The position numbers were made by a program, and so were the translations under genes. Under the pieces are notes generated by a model, which was not told where the DNA came from, made no database searches, and saw nothing but the letters and a program-made list of their open reading frames with translations. A stretch of 63,938 nt of DNA, counting the filler, from an uncultured bacterium (GTDB lineage: Bacteria > Latescibacterota > UBA2968): NCBI GenBank assembly GCA_964471275.1. It is 4 parts of 4 records of this genome, joined end to end, with 100 filler letters (N's around TTAATTAATTAA, not from the genome) between each part and the next. Parts side by side here need not be neighbours in the genome. Positions count along the whole stretch, not along the records: positions 36,902 to 55,189 come from CAYYGZ010000072.1; 3 more parts are not named here. One strand, written 5' to 3'. Position 1 is the stretch's first letter. Each line of letters opens with the position of its first letter. Positions 42,180 through 50,363 of the stretch are shown here, piece after piece.

Positions 42180-42339
42180 GTGCTTTTAGTCTCTGTCCTA
42201 ATGGTGAAACGCTTGTCAGCGCCCATCGAAAATATCACATAACTTAAGGAAAGTCAAGGTGATCTGAAGATTTCATTTATAATGAAATCTTATTGATGCA
42301 GCGAGATGGTCTTCTTGTGAATCGTCGGGCCTTGAGTCC

Positions 42340-42391
42340 TTGACACCCCTAATTCTATTGAATATATTCTGGGTCAAGTAAGTCAACAATA
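42340..42391 (+). promoter_or_regulatory. cysH promoter with an overlapping candidate Rrf2 operator
   Basis: TTGACA (42340)-17 nt-TATATT (42363); 27-mer TATTCTGGGTCAAGTAAGTCAACAATA at 42365-42391. Confidence 0.6.
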
Positions 42392-42406
42392 TTTCAGGAT
42401 GGCCTG

Positions 42407-43159
42407 TTGAGCGATATCGACTTTACAGAATTGGATCAACGCGCGGATGATTTCGAGTCCGCCAAGGTGGACGACGTTCTTCGTTGGGCGTGGGAGAACA
42501 TCGGTCCGTGCCTGGCCCTGAGTACCGCATTCGGATCTAGCGGATGCGTGCTGATCGATCTTGTTGCGCGCACGGTACCGGAACTACCGATCTTCACAAT
42601 CGACACGGGCTATCTGTTCGCAGAGACGCTCGAGCTAAAAGACCGGATACAGGATAGGTACGGGATTGAGATCGAATCGGTAGCACCCGATCTCACGATC
42701 ACTGAACAGGATCACAAGTATGGCAAAGACCTTTTCTCGACCGATAGCGACCACTGTTGCTATATGCGGAAAGTCGAGCCGCTCCATCGAAAGCTGTCAG
42801 GTCTTGACGGGTGGGTTGCGAGTCTTCGAAGGGACCAGGGCGAGTCCAGACGGAACATCCGAATCGTCGAGCCCTTTCCGTCTCGGGGGGATCGTCTGAT
42901 CGCCAAGCTCAATCCACTGGCTTGTTGGACAAAGAAGGACGTGTGGGACTACATCCTCGCGAACGATGTTCCATACAACCCACTGATGGATCAGGGGTAT
43001 CCGAGCCTTGGTTGCGTACCGTGCACGCAGGCAGTTGTAGATGGCGGGGACGAACGGTCCGGGCGCTGGGCGGGGCAAACAAAGACGGAGTGTGGGATCC
43101 ACCTTCCCCTGACCGTGGAGCCTGCGCCGCAAGAGGTGGCAGGTTCTGTCGCCGTGTAG
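42407..43159 (+). CDS. cysH: APS/PAPS reductase (Fe-S-binding, APS-type motif)
   Basis: STAFG, IDTGYLF, CC..RKVEPL, RRDQ, GYPSLGCVPCT, R.GRW..KTECGIH. Confidence 0.93.
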   Translation: MSDIDFTELDQRADDFESAKVDDVLRWAWENIGPCLALSTAFGSSGCVLIDLVARTVPELPIFTIDTGYLFAETLELKDRIQDRYGIEIESVAPDLTITEQDHKYGKDLFSTDSDHCCYMRKVEPLHRKLSGLDGWVASLRRDQGESRRNIRIVEPFPSRGDRLIAKLNPLACWTKKDVWDYILANDVPYNPLMDQGYPSLGCVPCTQAVVDGGDERSGRWAGQTKTECGIHLPLTVEPAPQEVAGSVAV

Positions 43160-43170
43160 TACAAGGCCGG

Positions 43171-43205
43171 TATTGTTGACAATATTTGTCAGCAATACGT
43201 ATATT
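43171..43205 (+). promoter_or_regulatory. cysM promoter overlapped by a 27-bp palindrome (candidate Rrf2 operator)
   Basis: TATTGTTGACAA-TAT-TTGTCAGCAATA contains TTGACA; TATATT lies 18 nt downstream of it. Confidence 0.7.
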
Positions 43206-43267
43206 CAAACGATTCAAGCAGGACGGGCCCTTCGGGGTCCATTTTTGTTAAGAGGTCGCCTAAACAC

Positions 43268-44200
43268 GTGTCACGTGAAGTAAAAAGCCGGAAGACACCC
43301 TCGGTGCTGGACGCCATCGGAAACACGCCACTGCTTGAGGTTAAGGGACTGGCCAGCCTGTCGGAAGACGTGTCGATTCACGCGAAGCTAGAGACATTCA
43401 ACCCGGGTGGCTCTGTAAAGGACCGGCCGGCACTTCAGATGATCCAAGATGCCGAGGCTTCCGGTGAGCTCACGCACGACAAGGTGATTCTTGATTCGAC
43501 CTCGGGGAACACGGGCATCGCCTATGCCATGATCGGGGCGGCGCTGGGCTATCGGGTTGAGCTTGTGATGCCGCAGAGCGTGAGTATCGAGCGAAGACAC
43601 GTGATCGAGGCCTATGGCGCGAAGCTGGTGCTGAGCGATCCGGTGGAAGGGTCGGACGGCGCAATCCTGAAGTGTCGTGAAATTCTGGAGGCAGATCCTG
43701 AGCGTTATTACAAGCCGGATCAGTACAACAATCCATCGAACCCCAAAGCCCACTACCTGCACACCGCCCCGGAGATATGGGAGCAGACCGGTGGTAGAGT
43801 GACTCACTTTCTTGCGACGCTGGGTACCAGCGGAACCCTCGTCGGGACAGGAAGACGGCTCAAGGAACTGAACTCGGAGGTGGAAATCATCGCGATCGAG
43901 CCCCCGGAATTCCACGGGATCGAGGGCCTCAAGAACATGGACGTTTCGATCGTGCCGGGCATCTATGATGCCGAAGTCTGGGATCAGAAGGTGCAGGTCG
44001 AGACCGAGGATGCGTATGACACAGCAAGAAGGCTGACGCGTGAGTTTGGTCTGCTTGTCGGTCAATCCTGCGGTGCTGCGATGGCTGCCGCACGGGATGT
44101 TGCGGAGAGTCTGGACAGAGGGGTTGTGGTAACCTTGTTCGCCGACAGCGGCGAAAAGTACCTGAGCACTCCGTTGTGGAGCGGCGATTTCGGCAACTAG
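43268..44200 (+). CDS. cysM: Cysteine synthase, CysM-like (probably sulfur-carrier dependent)
   Basis: IGNTPL, NPGGSVKDR (PLP Lys), STSGNTG, DQYNN, LGTSGT, HGIEGLKNM, D.GEKYLS. Confidence 0.85.
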   Translation: MSREVKSRKTPSVLDAIGNTPLLEVKGLASLSEDVSIHAKLETFNPGGSVKDRPALQMIQDAEASGELTHDKVILDSTSGNTGIAYAMIGAALGYRVELVMPQSVSIERRHVIEAYGAKLVLSDPVEGSDGAILKCREILEADPERYYKPDQYNNPSNPKAHYLHTAPEIWEQTGGRVTHFLATLGTSGTLVGTGRRLKELNSEVEIIAIEPPEFHGIEGLKNMDVSIVPGIYDAEVWDQKVQVETEDAYDTARRLTREFGLLVGQSCGAAMAAARDVAESLDRGVVVTLFADSGEKYLSTPLWSGDFGN

Positions 44201-44215
44201 CACGGGCCTACTGCG

Positions 44216-44680
44216 ATGGACATAGAAGTTGACAGCCAGAGCTGGTCAGCGATCGAGGCGCGCGCGCTCGCGGTTTATCCGGACGAGTGCTGTGGTCTGC
44301 TTGCCGCTCACGGCCGAGGGATCTTTGTTGTTCATGAATGTGAGAACATCCAGAACAAGCTGCACAAAGCAGATCCGGATGAACATCCGCGAACAGCCGA
44401 AACTGCCTACCGGATGGATGATCTTCAGGTGTCGAAGATATTGACGGCAACCGAAAACGCCGGCGGCCACCTGTATGCGATCTACCATTCCCACGTCGAT
44501 TGCGACGCGTATTTCTCTGAAGAAGACCAGAACGCCGCGCAGTTCTTCGGTGAGCCCGCCTATCCGGGGGTGACATATCTTGTCATCTCGGTGGTTGATC
44601 GTAAGGTGGCGAACCGGAAAGCATTCTGCTGGAGTGACGACGCAGGTCAGTTTGAGGACGTTCCCCTCACGATCGTCTGA
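44216..44680 (+). CDS. mec: JAB/MPN+ (M67) metallopeptidase, Mec-like
   Basis: YPDECCG and YHSHVDCDAYFSEED (E..HxH..S..D JAMM motif). Confidence 0.88.
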   Translation: MDIEVDSQSWSAIEARALAVYPDECCGLLAAHGRGIFVVHECENIQNKLHKADPDEHPRTAETAYRMDDLQVSKILTATENAGGHLYAIYHSHVDCDAYFSEEDQNAAQFFGEPAYPGVTYLVISVVDRKVANRKAFCWSDDAGQFEDVPLTIV

Positions 44681-44715
44681 CCCCAATCCTCCCCGCAAGG
44701 ATCGAGGAGCCTCTT

Positions 44716-45759
44716 CTGGATCAGTTCGATGTGATTGTGGTTGGCTGTGGACCCGCGGGCGCGACAGCCGCGCGCGTCGCCGCGGAACGAGATCGGTCGG
44801 TATTGATCATCGATCGGAAGCGGTCCGTTGGGCAACCGCCCCGCTGTGCCGGGTTCGTACCGGGATGGTTGCCCGAACGCGCCGGTGTCGATGAGAGTTC
44901 TGTTATTCAGGCCATCGTGGGTGTTTGCCTTGAAGACTCGGTCCAGACCTTCGAATTCGAGGTGGATGCGTGTGTTATCGACCGGACGCGGTTCGACAAG
45001 ACGCTTGCGATTCACGCGCTCGAGTCAGGCGCAGATCTCTGCAACGGATTCGTGATTCGGCGCGAGGATCGGACGCTTGTTGCTCGGCGGAACGGTGCGG
45101 AGGCAGCTTTCCGGGGTGAAGCGATCGTCTGTGCTGATGGCGCGGCCTCGGTTGTCTCCCGGTCGATGTCGACCTTGCGTCGACGATTTCTCACGACGAT
45201 GCAGTTTGAGGTCGGTCTGGACCGGCCCTGCGACGTGGTTTCCCTGAAGCGTCCGGTCATTGAAGGACGTGGTATCGGGTGGTTCATTCCCTGCGGCCGG
45301 ACCGCAAAGATCGGCGTTGCATTGCCCAGACGATTGTCTCGCTTCCTGAAGCCCGCGCTACATAGGGTTGCACGGGATTACGAGCGTGACGGCATTACCA
45401 TACAGAATGCGATCCTGGGTGTGACGGGCGGTCTCGTGCCGATCGACCGACGACCTCTGGCAGACACACATCTCAGTCTCGTCGTCGCGGGTGACGCAAG
45501 AGGCGGGATCGGCGTGGATGGCGCCGGAATCGCAAACGCAGTGTTATCGGGCGAGCTTGCGGGCCAAACAGCTGACCGCTACCTCGGTGAGCGTTCGGAC
45601 GAAGTAATCACTGACTATGCTTCGATTCTTCAGCGATGTCTCCGTTACGGGAGGGATGAAGTGACTCGAAGCCAATCCGCATTCCAAAGATGGGTCGATG
45701 AGACGCAGCGCGTGTTCCGATGGCGTCCGACAGATTCGGTCTCAGTCGTTCCGAAATAA
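44716..45759 (+). CDS. Geranylgeranyl-reductase-like FAD-dependent oxidoreductase
   Basis: FDVIVVGCGPAG, PPRCAG, DRTRFD, ADGAAS, GWFIP, AGDA..GAGIANAV.SG; start either CTG 44716 (GAGGAG RBS) or GTG 44731. Confidence 0.8.
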   Translation: MDQFDVIVVGCGPAGATAARVAAERDRSVLIIDRKRSVGQPPRCAGFVPGWLPERAGVDESSVIQAIVGVCLEDSVQTFEFEVDACVIDRTRFDKTLAIHALESGADLCNGFVIRREDRTLVARRNGAEAAFRGEAIVCADGAASVVSRSMSTLRRRFLTTMQFEVGLDRPCDVVSLKRPVIEGRGIGWFIPCGRTAKIGVALPRRLSRFLKPALHRVARDYERDGITIQNAILGVTGGLVPIDRRPLADTHLSLVVAGDARGGIGVDGAGIANAVLSGELAGQTADRYLGERSDEVITDYASILQRCLRYGRDEVTRSQSAFQRWVDETQRVFRWRPTDSVSVVPK

Positions 45760-45778
45760 GGCAAAGGAGGAGGTTGAT

Positions 45779-46057
45779 ATGGCAGTAAGTGTGCGTATAC
45801 CCACACCGCTCAGGAAGTTCACGAACGATCAGTCTGATGTGCAGATCGAGGGAAGCACCATCGGCCAGGTGCTCGACAATCTTGAAGCTTCGCACAGCGG
45901 GATCAAGGAGAAGCTGGTGGACGAGGAAGGTGAAATCCGACGTTTCGTGAACATCTATGTGAACGATGAAGACATTCGTTTCCTGGATGGTGCCGCTACG
46001 GAAGTGAAGGATGGGGACAGCGTTACGATCGTGCCCGCCATCGCAGGAGGGTGCTGA
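45779..46057 (+). CDS. MoaD/ThiS/CysO family sulfur carrier ending in GG-C
   Basis: AGGAGG RBS; VRIPTPLR, FVNIYVNDEDIRFL, IVPAIAGGC-stop. Confidence 0.92.
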   Translation: MAVSVRIPTPLRKFTNDQSDVQIEGSTIGQVLDNLEASHSGIKEKLVDEEGEIRRFVNIYVNDEDIRFLDGAATEVKDGDSVTIVPAIAGGC

Positions 46058-46070
46058 ACAAGGGGGTCTG

Positions 46071-46502
46071 ATGCACGTTTCTGCGAAGACCGATTACGGG
46101 CTGCGTGCCGTTCTGGAATTGTCGCTGACGTATGGTCAGGGCACCATTCAGAGTGGGGATATTGCGGTCAGCCAGAACATACCCGAGTCCTATCTCGTTC
46201 AGTTGCTCAACCAACTCCGCAAGTCCGGTTTGATCCGGAGTGTGCGTGGGCCGCGGGGAGGCCACGAGTTGGCACGACGTCCCGAGGAACTGACCGTCGG
46301 CAATGTGCTCGATGTTCTGGAGGGTCCGCTCGACTTGCTCGGCAAGGGGGAGGACCGACCGGCAAGCGGGTCGGACGAGTTGTTCCGCGAGGTCTGGTCC
46401 GATGTTGAATCCGCGATCCAAAGCGTAGTTTCCTCTGTTACGTTCGCTGAGTTGTCGAATCGACACCAGAAGCGACACTCGAATATCACGTTCAGGATCT
46501 AG
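46071..46502 (+). CDS. cymR: Rrf2 family regulator, CymR-like (no Cys)
   Basis: S.KTDYGLRA, IPESYL.QLL..L..GLIRSVRG..GG, LEG; C-terminus ITFRI. Symbol is tentative. Confidence 0.8.
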   Translation: MHVSAKTDYGLRAVLELSLTYGQGTIQSGDIAVSQNIPESYLVQLLNQLRKSGLIRSVRGPRGGHELARRPEELTVGNVLDVLEGPLDLLGKGEDRPASGSDELFREVWSDVESAIQSVVSSVTFAELSNRHQKRHSNITFRI

Positions 46503-46503
46503 T

Positions 46504-47430
46504 ATGGGCAAGGCCAGACGTGTCAACACGATCATAGACCTGATCGCGTCCACACCCGTGGTGCGACTTCATCGCGTGTGCGAGACGGCGGGCGCCGAGG
46601 TTTGGGCTAAGCTCGAGTCCTTCAACCCCGGAGGCAGTCTGAAGGATCGAATCGCGCTCGCCATGATCGAGGACGCCGAGGACCGTGGCGCGCTTCGACC
46701 CGGGATGACAATCATCGAGTCGACGTCCGGGAACACGGGAATCGGACTCGCCATGGTCGCTGCGGTCAAAGGTTACCGGTTGATAATCACGATGCCCGAA
46801 GGGGTCAGCGAGGAGCGGCGGAAACTGCTCCGCGCGTATGGCGCAGAAGTGATCCTGACATCCGCCTATGGCGGCATGCAGGGAACTCTCGACAAGGCAG
46901 AAGAACTGCGTCAGGAGAACGATGGTGCCTTTATGCCGAAGCAGTTCGAGAATCCTGCCAACCCTGAGTTCCATCGCAAGACGACGGCTCGGGAAATACT
47001 GGAGCAGATGGATGGTTCACCCGATGTTTTCGTGGCGGGTGTAGGCACTGGCGGTACCGTTACGGGGGTCGGGGAAGTGCTGAAGGCCGAGTCACCGGAA
47101 ACCAGGATCCTTGCTGTAGAGCCGGCAGATTCAGCGGTGCTCTCTGGCGGGGAAGCGGGACCTACGGAGATCGACGGTTTGGGTGCCGGCTTTGTCCCAC
47201 CCGTACTCAACCGTGAGGTGCTCGATGAGGTGGTCACCGTGTCCAATGTGGAGGCTCGCCGGATGTCACGACGGCTTGCGAAGGAAGAGGGAATTCTTGC
47301 GGGGATCTCGTCAGGCGCAGTCGTACACGCCGCGGTGAAGGCCGCGGCTCGGATGTCGCCCGAGCAACAGGTGGTCTGTGTGGTCTGCGATACAGGTGAA
47401 CGCTATCTGAACGGTTTCCTTTTCGGGTGA
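46504..47430 (+). CDS. cysK: Cysteine synthase A
   Basis: NPGGSLKDR, STSGNTGIG, QFENPAN, GVGTGGT, GISSGA, DTGERYL. Confidence 0.92.
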   Translation: MGKARRVNTIIDLIASTPVVRLHRVCETAGAEVWAKLESFNPGGSLKDRIALAMIEDAEDRGALRPGMTIIESTSGNTGIGLAMVAAVKGYRLIITMPEGVSEERRKLLRAYGAEVILTSAYGGMQGTLDKAEELRQENDGAFMPKQFENPANPEFHRKTTAREILEQMDGSPDVFVAGVGTGGTVTGVGEVLKAESPETRILAVEPADSAVLSGGEAGPTEIDGLGAGFVPPVLNREVLDEVVTVSNVEARRMSRRLAKEEGILAGISSGAVVHAAVKAAARMSPEQQVVCVVCDTGERYLNGFLFG

Positions 47431-47450
47431 TCTTGCTCGGATACCGGTGA

Positions 47451-47496
47451 ACAGAAGAAGGCCCCCACATCTTGAGACGTGGGGGCCTTCTTCTGT
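47451..47496. terminator. Bidirectional terminator between cysK and rpsT
   Basis: Perfect 18-bp inverted repeat ACAGAAGAAGGCCCCCAC / GTGGGGGCCTTCTTCTGT. Confidence 0.85.
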
Positions 47497-47512
47497 ATTC
47501 GTGGATTTACGA

Positions 47513-47767
47513 CTAGGACATTGCTGCGACGTGCTTTGCCAGTCTCGATTTGCAGCGAGCTGCTGCACGCCAATGAATCACGCCCTTCCGGGCGGTCCGG
47601 TCGATGATGGCGTTCGCTTCCGTCAACATGCTCTCGGCAGTTTCCTTTGATTCCGCTGTGCGAACACGCTTGAGCGTGGTGCGGAATCGTGTCCGAACCG
47701 GCTTGTTGCGCTCTGCCGCCTTCTCCGCCTGGCGATGGCGCTTCTTCGATGATCTCAATTTGGGCAA
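47513..47767 (-). CDS. rpsT: 30S ribosomal protein S20
   Basis: SSKKR.RQ....RN, IDRTARKGVIH...AAR.KSRL; TTG start after AGGAGG. Confidence 0.93.
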   Translation of the reverse strand: MPKLRSSKKRHRQAEKAAERNKPVRTRFRTTLKRVRTAESKETAESMLTEANAIIDRTARKGVIHWRAAARCKSRLAKHVAAMS

Positions 47768-47922
47768 ATCTGATCCTCCTGAACAAGAAAACGCTAGCTA
47801 AGAAAAAGCAATTTACCCCGATGCCTGCAGTGACACAAGTGTTTTCTGTGGATAAAGATTGAACCCCGGCTTGCCGATAGTCTGTGTATCAGCCCATCCA
47901 TACGCCTTTGGAGGGAAACCCC

Positions 47923-48051
47923 TTGGTTCTCTGGCTCGTACCTTTCGTCGCTTTCTCGATTCTGGTGCTCTTTGTTCTTTCGCTTCTCGTGGTGGAGTAT
48001 CAGGAGCAACGAATCAGGAGATTCGATGGCGCCCGTAGGCTTCGCTTCTGA
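47923..48051 (+). CDS. Small single-TM protein (42 aa), below the ORF-track cutoff
   Basis: GGAGGG RBS 7 nt before TTG; MVLWLVPFVAFSILVLFVLSLLVVEYQEQRIRRFDGARRLRF. Confidence 0.5.
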   Translation: MVLWLVPFVAFSILVLFVLSLLVVEYQEQRIRRFDGARRLRF

Positions 48052-48080
48052 GTTCACCCCCCCCCACCCGAATCACGTCT

Positions 48081-48105
48081 GGCCGCCTTTTCAATAAAGG
48101 CGGCC
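48081..48105. terminator. Hairpin between convergent genes
   Basis: GGCCGCCTTT-tcaat-AAAGGCGGCC. Confidence 0.6.
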
Positions 48106-50363
48106 TATTTCTTATCCATCCGTTTGAGCCAGCCCTTGCTCGTCCTTATTCGACTGTTCGCGAAGTCGATAAACTTCGGATCACCTTTCCAGATCCCCTT
48201 GAACGTCTCGAAGTACTCAATCGTCTCGTCCCATCTGTGCAGACCGTAGAGCATGGTAGCCAAGCTGAAGTAGGAACGGGGGAAGTTCGGATCGATCTCG
48301 ATTGCCCTGAGGTACCCGATCTCGGCGTCTTCCAGGCGCCCACTCGCCTCGAGTGCTGACGCGAGGCCCCAGTTCAGGGAGACACGGTCCGGATAGGTCT
48401 TCATAGCGGCTTGGTAATGCTGAATCGCCTGGCGATACTTCTTCGCTCCCATCATGATATCGCCCAGATTCTGGTTGGCCTGGGGAAAGTCTGGATCTGA
48501 CTCCAGGGCCTTCCGGTAGTAGACCTCTGCACTATCTGTTTCTCCCCGTGCCTTCATGACGTTTGCGAGATTGTTATTGGCTCCTTCATCCGTAGAGTCC
48601 GCCCCAAGCACTCTGCGGAACTGGGCCTCGGCACGAGATTCATTGCCCATCGCTCGGTACAGCGATCCGAGGTTCACCCTTACCGAATGCGCTCTGGGGC
48701 TGAGCTCCAAGGCTCGCTCGTAGAAGACCATAGCCTCCTCGTAGCTACCACGGCGCTTGCTTATTATGCCGAGCCCGTTGTGGGCGTGCCAGGAGTAGGG
48801 CGCGATCACCAGACTCCGTTTGTATGCTGCTTCGGCTGAATCCAGGTCGCCAAGCTTCTCGTGGGCGCGTCCACTGATCACGCGCAGGTGAGGTCTGAAC
48901 TCCCCGCGTCCCAGTCCTCTGGCTGCGGCCGCGTTCATGGCGTGCCAATCACCACGATCCTCCGCAATGAGTGCTGAGAGATAGTGAGTGTCGAAGGTCA
49001 TCTGTCGCCAGGCGGCAACACTACCAACCGTCGAGATCAGTAACGCGAGGGCGGCAACCGGTATGGCAGATCCAGACCTGCCGCGAGCGGATCTAGTCGC
49101 AATGCCTGCCATCAGGAAGAACACCGCCACGACCTGGGGCTGCTCTTTCGGAAAGCTGAAGAACGCGTGGACGCTGACTCCCACAATCACCGAAACAGCT
49201 ACTACTACGTGGTGGCGTTCATCCGGGTTCTTGCCCGCCCTGCGAAAACCGGCCAGTATGACTGAGGCCAGGAAGGCAAGAAAGACGCCCAGCGCGATGA
49301 TTCCGTGTTCGGCTGCAATCCAGATGTAATCATTGTGTGGACGTTTCGGTGAGGAGTCGGCCCTGACCATCGCGCCCTGATCGTAGTTCGGATAGACGAA
49401 TTCCCAATGGCCGGGTCCAACGCCCGTGAACAGGTTGTCCCAGATCAGCGGGATCGTTCGCCGCCACATTAGCAATCTGCCCCGATCGCCGGATGAGGAG
49501 AGAGCCGACGTTACCGTTGTGGTCAGGTCGGATTTCTTGTCGTCGAAGCGCTGTAACCCCGTATCCCTGAACCCCGGGGACAGGGAGCCTGCTGCAAGAA
49601 TTAGCAGGAGCGATACGCAGGCTGCTGCAGACCGAAAGGTTCCTGGTGATCGCAGCAAGGCGAACATTGCCTCCCTGGACGACTTTTCGGCTACCACGAG
49701 CACAACCCCTCCTATCAGTCCGGCCGCTGCCCCTAACCATGCACCACGTGTACGCGTATAGAGGAGAAACAAAGTGGTCAAGACGCCGCTGACAGCGCTG
49801 ACAGCCGTCGACACGGTGCCCTTACCCAACCAGAACTGATAGAAGCAAACAGGCAGCGATGCCACCAGATACATCGCGGCGAAGTTTCGGAATCCGAAAG
49901 TGGCGCTTGGTCGGCCGTTCGATGGGATATCGGCAAACGCCACGCCCAGGTATTCCTGGATACCGATGGTGGAGACAACGGCACTGATACCAAGGATTGT
50001 CCACATCCAAATCTGTACGTCACGAGGTTTCGCCTGCGCGGCGAGCAGATAGAGACAAATTAGGGCTAACTGGAAGATCAGTTCTACGATACCTACCGAA
50101 AGGTTGGTCGCTTTGTAGAGAGACAGGCACACCAGAATGGCGTAGGTGCCGAGCAACTGCGTTGGCAGGCCGTAGGAGATCGTGGATCGCGATCGAATTG
50201 CCTGGGCCAGCCACCCGAACGCTGCGAGTGCCAGGCAGGCAAAGAAGGCCAGCCGTTTGGGCACCAGAGTGTAGTCATAGATGTTTGTTGTGTAGACGAG
50301 CGGGACGATCATCAGCATAGCCACGATCGATAGGGTCGCCGGGTTACGGCCTATCTTCTCCAT
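48105..50363 (-). CDS. O-antigen ligase-like (Wzy_C) membrane protein fused to TPRs, copy A
   Basis: SATFGFRNF, TRTRGAWLG, RGR..MW, GVGPG.W, RPHND, FSFP; multiple C-terminal TPRs. Confidence 0.85.
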   Translation of the reverse strand: MEKIGRNPATLSIVAMLMIVPLVYTTNIYDYTLVPKRLAFFACLALAAFGWLAQAIRSRSTISYGLPTQLLGTYAILVCLSLYKATNLSVGIVELIFQLALICLYLLAAQAKPRDVQIWMWTILGISAVVSTIGIQEYLGVAFADIPSNGRPSATFGFRNFAAMYLVASLPVCFYQFWLGKGTVSTAVSAVSGVLTTLFLLYTRTRGAWLGAAAGLIGGVVLVVAEKSSREAMFALLRSPGTFRSAAACVSLLLILAAGSLSPGFRDTGLQRFDDKKSDLTTTVTSALSSSGDRGRLLMWRRTIPLIWDNLFTGVGPGHWEFVYPNYDQGAMVRADSSPKRPHNDYIWIAAEHGIIALGVFLAFLASVILAGFRRAGKNPDERHHVVVAVSVIVGVSVHAFFSFPKEQPQVVAVFFLMAGIATRSARGRSGSAIPVAALALLISTVGSVAAWRQMTFDTHYLSALIAEDRGDWHAMNAAAARGLGRGEFRPHLRVISGRAHEKLGDLDSAEAAYKRSLVIAPYSWHAHNGLGIISKRRGSYEEAMVFYERALELSPRAHSVRVNLGSLYRAMGNESRAEAQFRRVLGADSTDEGANNNLANVMKARGETDSAEVYYRKALESDPDFPQANQNLGDIMMGAKKYRQAIQHYQAAMKTYPDRVSLNWGLASALEASGRLEDAEIGYLRAIEIDPNFPRSYFSLATMLYGLHRWDETIEYFETFKGIWKGDPKFIDFANSRIRTSKGWLKRMDKK

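Noticed and set aside
42125..42340. Genomic island integrated at tRNA-Lys
   Set aside because: No integrase and no duplicated tRNA 3' end seen on the contig
47794..48057. Minus-strand 87-aa ORF
   Set aside because: Looks like the shadow of the plus-strand hydrophobic microprotein and the rpsT promoter region
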